Part shown: positions 53,603 to 62,674 of the stretch, one piece after another
How the letters are laid out: every line of letters starts with the position of its first letter
How positions within the stretch are numbered: position 1 is the first letter of the stretch
NCBI GenBank assembly: GCA_022563395.1
Contig: JADFNM010000001.1
Span: forward strand, 462,342 to 526,341
DNA: 64,000 nucleotides
DNA from: Patescibacteria group bacterium
GTDB lineage: Bacteria > Patescibacteriota > Minisyncoccia > Minisyncoccales > UBA10102
Reading direction: 5' to 3'
Notes under the pieces: model-generated
Told to the model about the DNA's origin: nothing
Seen by the model: the letters and a program-made list of their open reading frames with translations, nothing else
Database searches by the model: none
Position numbers and translations under genes: made by a program

Positions 53603-54079
53603 CTATTTGTCCTTCCTTGTCAAGACTGACGAGGCAATAGCAAGGGATAGGGCATCGGCAGCATCATCTGGCCGGGGCAGGGTGTTTAACCCCAGGATGT
53701 ACTGCACCATGCGCTGCACCTGTTTTTTTTGCGCCCTCCCATACCCGGTCACCGCCATCTTAGCCTGCAAAGGGGTGAGTTCTTCTAAAAGAACCTTGTT
53801 TTTGGCAGCTAGCAAAAGCACAATGCCCCTGGCTTCAGATACTGGGAGAGCAGTCTTGATATTTTTGAAAAAGTACAGTCGCTCAACACATAGGAGTTCC
53901 GGCTTGTATTTCTTGAATAACTTTTTTAGTCCCTGCTCCAAAAGCAAAAGGCGTTCCTGGCTGGGCTTGTCTTTGGGAGTATCAATGGTTCCGTGGGCGA
54001 CCCAACACAACTTTGGAGTTGTTTGCACAACACCAAACCCCGTGGTCGCTGTTCCTGGGTCTATGCCAAGTATTATCAT
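53603..54079 (-). CDS. ruvC: Holliday junction resolvase RuvC
   Basis: MIILGIDPGTATTGFGVV catalytic Asp motif. Start at the ATG at 54079. Confidence 0.9.
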   Translation of the reverse strand: MIILGIDPGTATTGFGVVQTTPKLCWVAHGTIDTPKDKPSQERLLLLEQGLKKLFKKYKPELLCVERLYFFKNIKTALPVSEARGIVLLLAAKNKVLLEELTPLQAKMAVTGYGRAQKKQVQRMVQYILGLNTLPRPDDAADALSLAIASSVLTRKDK

Positions 54080-54140
54080 GAAACGCACAACGTAAAACGC
54101 GCAATATGAAAGCAATCAACAAGGTTTTGCGTTCCAGGTT

Positions 54141-54863
54141 TCATGTTGCGAGGTTTGCGTAGATTTCCTGTACCGTATCGCTTTCGTCTAAGGCCAAAAA
54201 CAGCTTTTCTGCGGATGCCGTGTCTTTCTCTGAAAGGGCGACCCGCTCTTTAGGAACCCATTGGAGCGAGGCAGATTCTACCAGAATACCCCGCTCTTCC
54301 AACACTTTTTTTACCTGTTCTACTTGAGTGGGTTTTGTATAAATCTCAAGCGTACCATCTTCTCGCCAGTACATATCTTCTGCACCAGCTTCAATAGAGA
54401 GGAGCTCAAGGGCATCTTTGGGTTTATCTCCCGGGGGGAGGCTGAGGGTTCCTCTCCTTGCGAACATCCAGCGTACAGCTCCTTCTCCTGCAAGCTTTCC
54501 CTGGTTTTTCTCAAATGCCCGCTTTACCTCTCCTAAGGTTCTGTTCTTGTTGTCGGTGATGCCCTCTACCAAAACAGCAATGCCGCCCGGGCCATATCCC
54601 TCAAAGAGCACCTCTTCTAAAGCAGCTCCTTTTTCTTCCCCGGTTCCTCGTTTTATTGACCGCTCAATATTGGCGGTGGGCATGTTAACTGCGCGCGCCC
54701 TGTCTAAAATGTGCCGGAGTCGGGGATTTGTTCCAGGATCTCCGCCCCCCTCTTTTGCCGCAATATACAGTTCACTTCCAAGCTTGGAAAATATCTTTGA
54801 GCGCTGCGCCGCGGTAGCCTCTTTCTGATGCTTTACTTTTTTTGCGTGAGAATGACCGCTCAT
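54141..54863 (-). CDS. yebC: YebC/PmpR-family transcriptional regulator
   Basis: MSGHSHAKKVKHQK..R.KIFSK start, typical of the family. Confidence 0.9.
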   Translation of the reverse strand: MSGHSHAKKVKHQKEATAAQRSKIFSKLGSELYIAAKEGGGDPGTNPRLRHILDRARAVNMPTANIERSIKRGTGEEKGAALEEVLFEGYGPGGIAVLVEGITDNKNRTLGEVKRAFEKNQGKLAGEGAVRWMFARRGTLSLPPGDKPKDALELLSIEAGAEDMYWREDGTLEIYTKPTQVEQVKKVLEERGILVESASLQWVPKERVALSEKDTASAEKLFLALDESDTVQEIYANLAT

Positions 54864-54938
54864 GTTTGTAGTTTGTATTCTGTAGTTTTTAGCTTGTATT
54901 CAGAGCTAGTATACAAGATATGAGATACAAAATACAGG

Positions 54939-55928
54939 CTAAAGAAGACCTTTTTGAGGCAGGGCAATGTTAAGGTGTTGGTATGCTCTCTTGGTAGCAA
55001 TCCTCCCGCGTGGGGTTCGCTCCAGAAATCCCAGCTGCAGGAGATAGGGTTCGTACACATCCAGAATGGTTTCTTGCTCTTCTGCAACCATGGCGGCTAA
55101 TGCCTGGATGCCAACCGGCCCCCCAGAGAACTTCTGGATAATGGCCCGCAGAATCTTTCGGTCGTCCGGCTCCAGCCCCAGCTCATCAATCTCAAGGAAG
55201 CCAAAAGCTTGCTCTGCAACCTTTTCATCAACCATTGGAATGTTTTTAACGGTCGCAACGTCTCTCACCCTCTTGAGTATTCTGTTCGCCACTCTTGGGG
55301 TAAAGCGGGAACGTGAAGCAATGGCAGCTATTGCCTGCGGGGAAAGCTGAACCCTAAGAATGGCAGCAGATCTTTCCACAATCCTTTCAATGTCTTTTTG
55401 CTCGTAGAAGTTGAGCTGGAAAATGGCGCCAAAGCGGTTGCGAAAAGGAGAGGGGAGCTGCGCCATCTTAGTGGTTGCAGCAATCAGTGTAAAGCGGGGG
55501 AGAGAAAGCTCCATGGTTCTTGCCATGGGGCCCTTCCCCAAGACCAAGTGAAGTTTGTAGTCTTCCATGGCAGAGTATAGGGTTTCTAGGGTTGCTCTTG
55601 GCAGGCGATGGCATTCGTCAATAAACAATACTTCTTTGTCTTGAAGATTGGTGAGCAACGAAGCAACGTCTCCCGCGCGTTCCAAAGAGGTCCCAGAGCA
55701 GAAGGTCATCTTGGCTCCCATTTCCCTTGCTATCACCTGGGCAAGCGAGGTTTTCCCAAGGCCAGAGTTGCCGTACAGTAAAAGGTGTTCTAAGGACTCC
55801 CCTCGTTTCTTTGCAGCTTCAATAATCACCCGAAGTGTTGTCTTGAGCTTTTCTTGGCCAATGTAATCTGACCACGTCTGGGGGCGGAGCGTGGTGTCGA
55901 GAAATTGTTCGTTGTCGTGTTTTTCCAT
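54939..55928 (-). CDS. ruvB: Holliday junction helicase RuvB
   Basis: LRPQTWSDYIGQ, Walker A GNSGLGKTS and Walker B FIDECHRL. Confidence 0.95.
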   Translation of the reverse strand: MEKHDNEQFLDTTLRPQTWSDYIGQEKLKTTLRVIIEAAKKRGESLEHLLLYGNSGLGKTSLAQVIAREMGAKMTFCSGTSLERAGDVASLLTNLQDKEVLFIDECHRLPRATLETLYSAMEDYKLHLVLGKGPMARTMELSLPRFTLIAATTKMAQLPSPFRNRFGAIFQLNFYEQKDIERIVERSAAILRVQLSPQAIAAIASRSRFTPRVANRILKRVRDVATVKNIPMVDEKVAEQAFGFLEIDELGLEPDDRKILRAIIQKFSGGPVGIQALAAMVAEEQETILDVYEPYLLQLGFLERTPRGRIATKRAYQHLNIALPQKGLL

Positions 55929-55966
55929 ATCTCTTGACCCCGCACATAACTTGTTTATATGCGGGG

Positions 55967-55995
55967 TTGACAGTCATTACATTATATATTATACT
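55967..55995 (+). promoter_or_regulatory. Near-consensus promoter TTGACA-17-TATACT on the plus strand in the ruvB/ATPase spacer
   Basis: Read directly from the sequence. The AT-rich context also gives TATAAT on the minus strand, so the orientation is uncertain. Confidence 0.4.
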
Positions 55996-56045
55996 AGATT
56001 CGATAAAGAAACAGAAGAATCTAGATATTTATATCCATACGACCA

Positions 56046-56176
56046 GAATGTCAATTCAGCTGGGGACCTGGAGTTATCCGTCTTGGAGGGTGGCTCGGGT
56101 CATGCTGAACCATACCCCGGGGTAATTTCACATTTGCGTTCCAAACACCAAATGGTCCCCAGCTGAGATGACATTC
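56046..56176. repeat. 131-nt long hairpin (8 bp + 3x3 loop + 12 bp closing stem around ~85 nt)
   Basis: GAATGTCA-att-CAGCTGGGGACC ... GGTCCCCAGCTG-aga-TGACATTC. The 3' arm overlaps the ATPase stop codon. Confidence 0.75.
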
Positions 56177-57491
56177 ATTCTGCAGTCACGCGCTCCACCT
56201 CCTGGAGCGTTGTTGTTTTCTCCAACACTTTAAGCAGGCCGTCTTGGTACATGGTCACCATTCCGGCTTTTTCTGCATACATCCGGAGTTCTGCGATGGA
56301 AGGTGACTTTGTCACAAAGGTTTCTAGGGCGTCATCTGCCACAATTGCTTCAAAGATGCCAACCCTACCTTTGTACCCGGTATTGTTGCATTCTCTGCAT
56401 CCTTTGGGTTCTGACACCTCAAAAGCCGCAGGAATCTTTGGCCTAATCTCCTTGGGGAGATTTTTTAATCCCTTCTTTACTGCATCAAGTTCTTTTGCAC
56501 TCGCCTTCCTGGTTTTGCTGCATGCACCGCACACTTTTCTCACCAAACGCTGGGCAATGATAAGGTTTAAGGCGGCAGAAACATTTGCTGCATTTGCCCT
56601 AAGAGAAAGAAGCCTGGCAATGGTTCCGGCAGCATCGTTCGTGTGCAGAGTGGAAAAAACCAGATGCCCCGTTAATGCTGCCTGAACGGCAATGGCAGCG
56701 GTCTCTTCGTCTCGAATCTCACCCACCAAGATAACGTCTGGGTCTTGGCGCACAATGGCTCGAAGCCCCAAAGCAAACGTGTATTGCTTGCCGGACGAAA
56801 CCTGGGTTTGAGAGATTCCCCCCAAACGGTATTCAATAGGGTCTTCAATGGTAATAATCTTGATCTTGGGACTCTGCACTTCTTTTAAAAAGGCATAGAG
56901 GGTAGTGGTTTTCCCAGAGCCCGTTGGCCCAGTTACCAAAATCATGCCGTTTGGTTTTTTGATTTCTTTTTGAAACAGCAAAAGCAGATCCTCTCTTAGC
57001 CCAAGGTCTTTGACGGTTTTTAAACTCTTTGGGTTGAGCAGGCGAAGCACCAGGGATTCTCCGTGTTCAGATGGCAGAGAAGAAACCCTGATCTCAACAG
57101 GCAGAGTTTCTTTAAAAAGAAAGGTGAATCTTCCGTCTTGGGGACGGTCTGAAACATTGAGTTTAATCCCCGACAGCAGCTTGATGCGAGAAAGCAGGGC
57201 TTCATAGGTGGTTTGTGAAAGTTCAGCCACGTCGTGCAGCATGCCGTCAATCCTTGCCCGGAGTTTTGCACCCTGTTCCTCTGCCTCCAGATGAAGGTCT
57301 GAAACCGCAAGAAAGACAGCTGAGCCCAACAAGGTCATGACAAGGTGGCTTGTGTCGGCCGTTTCCCAGGAGGGGAGCTTTTCAGCTAGGTCTTTTAAGT
57401 TTTGTACTTCCTTTTGAAGTTTAAGGGCAAGTTCTTTGGGGAGAGAGATTTCCCCGGTAATCTTTTTTCGAGTTCCTACAGACGGACTCAT
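56175..57491 (-). CDS. GspE/PilB-family secretion ATPase (short, lacks N-terminal domain)
   Basis: Walker A GPTGSGKTTT, VRQDPDVILVGEIRD and a tetra-Cys motif CGAC..CRECNNTGYKGR. Confidence 0.85.
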   Translation of the reverse strand: MSPSVGTRKKITGEISLPKELALKLQKEVQNLKDLAEKLPSWETADTSHLVMTLLGSAVFLAVSDLHLEAEEQGAKLRARIDGMLHDVAELSQTTYEALLSRIKLLSGIKLNVSDRPQDGRFTFLFKETLPVEIRVSSLPSEHGESLVLRLLNPKSLKTVKDLGLREDLLLLFQKEIKKPNGMILVTGPTGSGKTTTLYAFLKEVQSPKIKIITIEDPIEYRLGGISQTQVSSGKQYTFALGLRAIVRQDPDVILVGEIRDEETAAIAVQAALTGHLVFSTLHTNDAAGTIARLLSLRANAANVSAALNLIIAQRLVRKVCGACSKTRKASAKELDAVKKGLKNLPKEIRPKIPAAFEVSEPKGCRECNNTGYKGRVGIFEAIVADDALETFVTKSPSIAELRMYAEKAGMVTMYQDGLLKVLEKTTTLQEVERVTAE

Positions 57492-58021
57492 AGCTTTGCC
57501 TTGAACGTTTCCCGCAGAGAAGCAAGGGTACCCGTGGCCGCAAACAGTACCCAGTTCCCCTTCTCTGTTCCTTTGTTGAGCGCTTTTACTTTCTCTCTGA
57601 TCTCAGGCCTCTTTGACCACAGGAGCCCCCGAGTTCCCCCAGCTGCTTCAAAAAGTATGAGCAGAGAAGAGTTTTCTCCTCCACATTGTTTGAGCTCTTC
57701 CACAGCGCCCTTTAAAGCAAGAGAGGTTGCGCGGCATTCTTCAAAGTCTTTTCTTTGAAGCGAGGTAATGTACAGGTCTGAGTTTGGTTTGTATTCAACG
57801 TTGGAGATGAGTTTTTGCGAAAGAGGAGCTAAAGGAGCTGCAATCGGAGAAAGCAGCTTGCCCCTTGTCTTGCCATCTTCTACAATAATGTTGACTTCAG
57901 CATTTTTCTTGAGCGTAAAGTAGAGGGTAAGGTCCAACTCCTCTTTTTCGTACTGGATTTCAGAAATCCAAGGAGCCAAACCCTTGAGTTTTACCGCAAA
58001 TGTTTTCTTTTGCTGCCCCAT
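57488..58021 (-). CDS. Hypothetical protein translationally coupled to the GspE-like ATPase
   Basis: About 177-aa ORF whose stop overlaps the ATPase ATG by 4 nt. The track start at 58033 is TTG; the first ATG is at 58021. Confidence 0.45.
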   Translation of the reverse strand: MGQQKKTFAVKLKGLAPWISEIQYEKEELDLTLYFTLKKNAEVNIIVEDGKTRGKLLSPIAAPLAPLSQKLISNVEYKPNSDLYITSLQRKDFEECRATSLALKGAVEELKQCGGENSSLLILFEAAGGTRGLLWSKRPEIREKVKALNKGTEKGNWVLFAATGTLASLRETFKAKL

Positions 58022-58047
58022 AATATATTCCAAACTAGCTTGTTTTC

Positions 58048-58554
58048 ATGAAAAAGTCAATCCAAACCTTGAAACATAAAACGCAAAACATGAAACGTCC
58101 CACAAGGCATAAATCCTTTCAGAGCGTTTCTGTCCAGCAGACAAAAAAACGCGCAGCTGAGCTGGGGCGCAGAATTCTGCAGGGGCCTCTGGGCAATCAC
58201 GCTCTGGTCATTGCGCTGCGGGGGAATTTGGGTAGCGGCAAGACAACGTTTGTACAAGGACTTGCAAGGGAGTTTGGGATAAAAGAAAAAGTTTTAAGCC
58301 CAACGTTTCTTATCATTAAGAGGTTTCACGTTTCACGTTCCAGGTTTCGGGAATTTTATCATATTGATTGCTATCGTTTAAAAAGCGCAAAAGAGCTTCT
58401 GGGGCTTGAGTGGAAGGAAATCATACAGAATCCCAATAATATTGTGGCAGTAGAGTGGGCAGACCACGTAAAATCCATCATTCCCAAACACGCCCTCTGG
58501 ATTTCTTTCTCCCACGGAGGGAGAGAGAAGAGAACAATTCGTTTCGGACTATGA
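58048..58554 (+). CDS. tsaE: tRNA t6A37 biosynthesis ATPase TsaE
   Basis: P-loop GNLGSGKTTFVQG and SPTF.I..HIDCYRL. Start uncertain (58048 or 58090). Confidence 0.8.
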   Translation: MKKSIQTLKHKTQNMKRPTRHKSFQSVSVQQTKKRAAELGRRILQGPLGNHALVIALRGNLGSGKTTFVQGLAREFGIKEKVLSPTFLIIKRFHVSRSRFREFYHIDCYRLKSAKELLGLEWKEIIQNPNNIVAVEWADHVKSIIPKHALWISFSHGGREKRTIRFGL

Positions 58555-58572
58555 GAATGGTAGAATGAATCC

Positions 58573-60789
58573 ATGGCACAAAAGAAGCGTCTGCTTATCA
58601 TTGACGCAAACTCCTTAATTCACAGGGCTTTTCATGCCCTGCCTCCTTTAAGCACAAGCAAAGGGGAGATGGTAAATGCGGTGTATGGCTTTTTGCTGGC
58701 TTTTTTTAAGGCCATCAATGAGTTTCATCCAGACTATATTGCAGCTGCCTTTGACCACCCTGCTGTAACGAAGCGAGAAAAGAAATTCAAGGAATACAAG
58801 GCAAAGCGGGAGAAAGCGCCAGATGAGCTGTATGATCAGATTCCCAGGGTAAAAGAGGTGTTGGAAGCATTTCACGTCCCTGTGTTTGAGAAAGCAGGAT
58901 TTGAGGCAGACGATATCATTGGAACCGTGGCAAAACTCGCCCCCCAAAGGCAAGCAGTTCCTCCATTGGAAACCATAATTCTTTCCGGAGACATGGATTT
59001 GCTGCAGTTGGTTGATAAAAACACCAAGGTGTACGCCATGCGAAAAGGGATTCAGGATTCTGTGCTCTTTGACATTAAAAAGGTGCAAGAACGCTTTGGT
59101 GTGGGCCCCGAGTTGGTTGCAGACTGGAAGGGGCTACGCGGAGATCCTTCAGATAACATTCCGGGTGTAAGGGGAGTAGGAGAAAAAACCGCAACCCAAC
59201 TGCTTTCTTCTTTGGGCTCTTTGGAATCTTTGTACTCTGCCTTGAAAGCAAAAGAAGAGATTCCCGGTGTTTCTGCAAAGCTTAGAGAAACTCTTTTGGG
59301 AGAGAAAGACATTGCTTTTTTAAGCAAGGAGTTGGCCATCATTGAACGGGACGTTCCCCTGGATTTTAGCTTGCCGGATCTTGCCTGGCAGGGGTTTGAC
59401 AAAAAAGAAGCAGAAAAGGTTCTGTTACGTTTTGAATTCCGCACGTTAGCCTTGCGCATACCAGACGTTGGAGAAAAAATAGAGAAACAAAAAGAAGCTT
59501 CAGAAGAGGACCGCGTTGAAGAGAAGCTCAAGCGCTTGTATGAGGAAGGCGTCTTTTCAGAAAAGGTGTATGAAATGGAGCAGGAACTTTCTCCGGTACT
59601 CCGAATGATGGAGAAAACCGGAATTCAAATTGACAAGAAGTTCTTTGAAAAGCTTTCAAAAGAGTTAGATAAGAATTTGCAGAAGCTGGAAGCCAGCATC
59701 ACAAAAAAAGCAAGAACTGCGTTTAACATCAACTCCCCAAAGCAGCTGTCTGAAGTATTGTTTGAAAAACTCGGGCTTTCTCCGAGAGGATTGCACAAAA
59801 CTCCAGGCGGGGTTGTTTCCACTGCATCCTCTGAGTTAGAGAAACTCAGAGACAGCCATCCTGTGGTGGCAGAAATCCTCAGCTACCGGGAGTTAGCAAA
59901 GCTCCAGAATACGTACGTTGTTCCTTTGCCTCAGCTAGCTGACAAGCAGTCGAGAGTGCACACGCATTTTGACCAGCTGGGAGCTGCAACCGGGAGATTG
60001 TCTTCTGCCAACCCAAATCTCCAGAACGTTCCTTTGCAGGGAGAATGGGGGCAGAAGATACGTCGCGGCTTTGTTGCAAAGAAGGGATTTGAGCTTGTTT
60101 CCCTGGACTATTCTCAGGTAGAGCTTCGCATTGCATCTCACATTGCAGGAGAGGAGAAGATGCAGAACGCCTTTCTGGAGGGGAGAGACATTCACCGGGA
60201 AACCGCCGCAGCGGTGTTTGGAGTAAAAGACAAGGATGTTACTCATCAAATGAGATTTAAGGCAAAGGCCTTAAACTTTGGGGTTCTCTACGGCATGGGG
60301 GCCCGCGGCTTTTCCCAATCAGCCGGCATCCCATTTGAGGAGGCGCAGGATTTCATTGAAAACTACTTTGTGCAGTTTCCCCACATTGCAAAGTACATGC
60401 AAGATACCATTGAGTCAACACGAGAGCTCGGGTATGCAGAAACCCTGTTTGGCAGGAAGCGCTATCTTCCCGACATTCATTCCAACACTCCGCATATTCG
60501 TGCTGCTGCAGAACGGGTTGCCATCAACCACCCGATTCAAGGAAGCCAAGCCGACGTCATTAAGATGGCCATGGTGAAGATTGTAAAAGAGCTCTCTTTG
60601 CAACAAGAAGAATGCCGCATGCTCCTGCAGATTCATGATGAATTGTTGTTTGAGATACGCAGTGATATAGTAAGAAAGCGAGCAAAAGAGATTAAAGCGC
60701 TCATGGAAAAAATAGTTTCCCTCAAGGTCCCGTTGGTAGTAAAGGCAAGTTCGGGGCAAAGCTGGGGAGCCCAAAAAAGCATTCCATGA
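58573..60789 (+). CDS. polA: DNA polymerase I (5' nuclease plus polymerase; short or absent 3'-5' exo region)
   Basis: 5' nuclease motifs (LLIIDANSLIHRAF), polymerase motif A (LVSLDYSQVELRI), motif B (RFKAKALNFGVLYG) and motif C (QIHDEL). TGgTAGAAT lies 6 nt before the ATG. Confidence 0.95.
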   Translation: MAQKKRLLIIDANSLIHRAFHALPPLSTSKGEMVNAVYGFLLAFFKAINEFHPDYIAAAFDHPAVTKREKKFKEYKAKREKAPDELYDQIPRVKEVLEAFHVPVFEKAGFEADDIIGTVAKLAPQRQAVPPLETIILSGDMDLLQLVDKNTKVYAMRKGIQDSVLFDIKKVQERFGVGPELVADWKGLRGDPSDNIPGVRGVGEKTATQLLSSLGSLESLYSALKAKEEIPGVSAKLRETLLGEKDIAFLSKELAIIERDVPLDFSLPDLAWQGFDKKEAEKVLLRFEFRTLALRIPDVGEKIEKQKEASEEDRVEEKLKRLYEEGVFSEKVYEMEQELSPVLRMMEKTGIQIDKKFFEKLSKELDKNLQKLEASITKKARTAFNINSPKQLSEVLFEKLGLSPRGLHKTPGGVVSTASSELEKLRDSHPVVAEILSYRELAKLQNTYVVPLPQLADKQSRVHTHFDQLGAATGRLSSANPNLQNVPLQGEWGQKIRRGFVAKKGFELVSLDYSQVELRIASHIAGEEKMQNAFLEGRDIHRETAAAVFGVKDKDVTHQMRFKAKALNFGVLYGMGARGFSQSAGIPFEEAQDFIENYFVQFPHIAKYMQDTIESTRELGYAETLFGRKRYLPDIHSNTPHIRAAAERVAINHPIQGSQADVIKMAMVKIVKELSLQQEECRMLLQIHDELLFEIRSDIVRKRAKEIKALMEKIVSLKVPLVVKASSGQSWGAQKSIP

Positions 60790-60790
60790 C

Positions 60791-60868
60791 CCCTGTTAGA
60801 AGTTCAGCCACAAAAACACAGAGACCATCTATGAACAACAATACTAACAGTTTTAACTTCTAACAGGG
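60791..60868 (+). promoter_or_regulatory. Leader element: 14-bp perfect stem arms flanking a 10-codon mini-ORF (60831-60863, MNNNTNSFNF)
   Basis: CCCTGTTAGAAGTT ... AACTTCTAACAGGG. Homologous to the dnaA leader. The mini-ORF stop lies 4 nt before the GTG at 60868. Confidence 0.6.
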
Positions 60869-61473
60869 TGAAATTCTCCATTCAACTTGCAGTCATCCTC
60901 ATCATCGGCCTGTTGTTCTTGGCCTCGTTAATTTCCATCTACTTTGCCCTGGGCGAAGAACAGACCATACCCCTGATCTTAGTGGCATCAGCCAACATCG
61001 TGGCCGTCATTTTTCTTACTTTTTTGATTACCAGGGGGATCATGCAGCCCTTAAAGCACATTCGGGAAATTATGAAACGGGTAGGAGAGGGAGATCTCAC
61101 CAAGCGTATTAACTTTAGGGCCACAAAGGAGATGGAGCAGGTTGGAGGGGCCTTCAACGACATGATCTCCAGGCTCTCCAACGCGAGGCAAGAAATTGAA
61201 GATGCTAACAAGATTTTAGAACAGCGGGTAAAGGAGCGCACCCGGCAGCTCCGAGAGCTCGCCCTTTCCTTAGAAGGAAAAGTGCAAGAGCGCACCAAAG
61301 AACTTGAAGAGAAGGTAAAGCAGCTTGAGCGCTTCCAAAAGCTTGCCGTGGGGAGAGAGCTGCGCATGGTGGAGCTTAAAGACGAAATTCGCGCGCTTGA
61401 AGAGCAGCGCTTAAAACACAAACCTTCAAATAATGGTTCAGCAACAAGAAAAAGAGAACCCAAAAACACTTAA
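60868..61473 (+). CDS. TM plus HAMP plus coiled-coil protein (sensor-kinase N-terminal module, GTG start)
   Basis: Two TM helices, HAMP (PLKHIREIMKRVGEGDLTKRI) and a long heptad region. Overlaps the next ORF by 41 nt in another frame. Confidence 0.65.
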   Translation: MKFSIQLAVILIIGLLFLASLISIYFALGEEQTIPLILVASANIVAVIFLTFLITRGIMQPLKHIREIMKRVGEGDLTKRINFRATKEMEQVGGAFNDMISRLSNARQEIEDANKILEQRVKERTRQLRELALSLEGKVQERTKELEEKVKQLERFQKLAVGRELRMVELKDEIRALEEQRLKHKPSNNGSATRKREPKNT

Positions 61474-62620
61474 GGACCAGACAAAAGAGCTTGAGGAAAC
61501 CAGGGCTGCCCTCCTTAATATGTTAGAGGACACCGAGGAGGCTAGGCGTGAGGCCGAGGAGGGCAAGAAGCGAACGGAACTCATTATTAAGAATCTGTCT
61601 GACGGGCTTTTGGTATTTGACGCAAAAGGCACCCTGGAGATTATGAACCCCTATGCAGAGCACCTTTTTAAAACAGAACAGGCAGCAGTCCTTCAAAAGA
61701 GCGTACAAGACCTCAAAACCTTCCCTGCCTTCAAGGAGTTAGCAGAGCTCTTAGGGGAGAAGCGAGGCCAGATTTTCAGAAAGGCGCTGAACATTGGAGA
61801 ACAGACCGTAGTTGAGGCAACAAGCACTCCTTTTCAGCTAGGAAGAAGAGCTCCTGGCGTCATGGTTACGCTTCACGATATAACCCGCGAGCGCGAGATT
61901 GAGAGAATGAAAAGCGATTTCGTGTCTCTGGCAGCCCACCAGCTTAGAACCCCACTGACCGCCATTAAGTGGTCGACGCAGATGCTCTTGGACGGAGATG
62001 CAGGCAAGCTTGCAAGAGAGCAAGAAGAACTTTTGAGAAAGTCCTCTCAGTCAACAGACCGTATGATTCACCTAATCAACGATCTCTTGAATGTGACAAG
62101 GATTGAGGAAGGCCGCTATCTCTACCAGCCCTCATTTGAGCAGCTAGGCGACATTGTCAAAAGTATGGTACGATCATATCGGGACACGGCAAAACAAAAA
62201 AAGATACGTCTTGAGCTTAAACTCCCCAAAAAAGAGATTCCTCTAATCTTGCTGGACGTGGAGAAAATCCGGCTGGCAGTGCAAAACCTTTTGGAAAATG
62301 CCCTCCACTACACCCTTCCAGGGGGCAGGGTGACAGTACGGGTTTCGCATGATACAAAAGAAGTGCTGGTTTCTTTAACGGACACGGGTATTGGTATCCC
62401 CCAAAAGCAGCAGCCTCGGGTTTTTGAGAAGTTCTTTCGGGCAGCCAATGCGCGCAAGGTAGATACGGAGGGCTCGGGCCTCGGGCTCTACCTGGTGCAC
62501 AACATCGTGGAGGCGCATGGAGGAACAATATGGTTTGAATCAGAGGAAGGGAAGGGAACCACCTTTACCTTTTCTTTGCCCATCAAAGAAGAGACTACTA
62601 AGTTTAAAAAAAAGTTTTAA
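61433..62620 (+). CDS. PAS-like plus HisKA plus HATPase histidine kinase (no TM)
   Basis: H-box AAHQLRTPL, N-box LLENALHYT and G-boxes DTGIGIP / GSGLGLYLV. Confidence 0.85.
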   Translation: MVQQQEKENPKTLKDQTKELEETRAALLNMLEDTEEARREAEEGKKRTELIIKNLSDGLLVFDAKGTLEIMNPYAEHLFKTEQAAVLQKSVQDLKTFPAFKELAELLGEKRGQIFRKALNIGEQTVVEATSTPFQLGRRAPGVMVTLHDITREREIERMKSDFVSLAAHQLRTPLTAIKWSTQMLLDGDAGKLAREQEELLRKSSQSTDRMIHLINDLLNVTRIEEGRYLYQPSFEQLGDIVKSMVRSYRDTAKQKKIRLELKLPKKEIPLILLDVEKIRLAVQNLLENALHYTLPGGRVTVRVSHDTKEVLVSLTDTGIGIPQKQQPRVFEKFFRAANARKVDTEGSGLGLYLVHNIVEAHGGTIWFESEEGKGTTFTFSLPIKEETTKFKKKF

Positions 62621-62623
62621 CAT

Positions 62624-62665
62624 ATGAACCATTCGCGTAGCTTAAAACCATATATTTCTTACTAG
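62624..62665 (+). promoter_or_regulatory. 13-codon mini-ORF cassette (MNHSRSLKPYISY) between the HK and RR genes
   Basis: Homologous to 41144-41185. Stop lies 9 nt before the ATG at 62675. Confidence 0.5.
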
Positions 62666-62674
62666 CGCGCAAAT

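Noticed and set aside
54864-54938. Short direct repeats (TGTAGTTT and TTGTATTC, each twice) between ruvB and yebC.
   Set aside because: Only two ~8-nt units in AT-rich spacer DNA. This is too little to distinguish from chance, so I noted it without scoring.
58573-60789. Alternative genetic code (UGA as sense), as seen in some candidate phyla.
   Set aside because: polA, the pilB-like ATPase and others terminate at TGA with normal full-length family sizes. There is no sign of in-frame TGA in conserved motifs.
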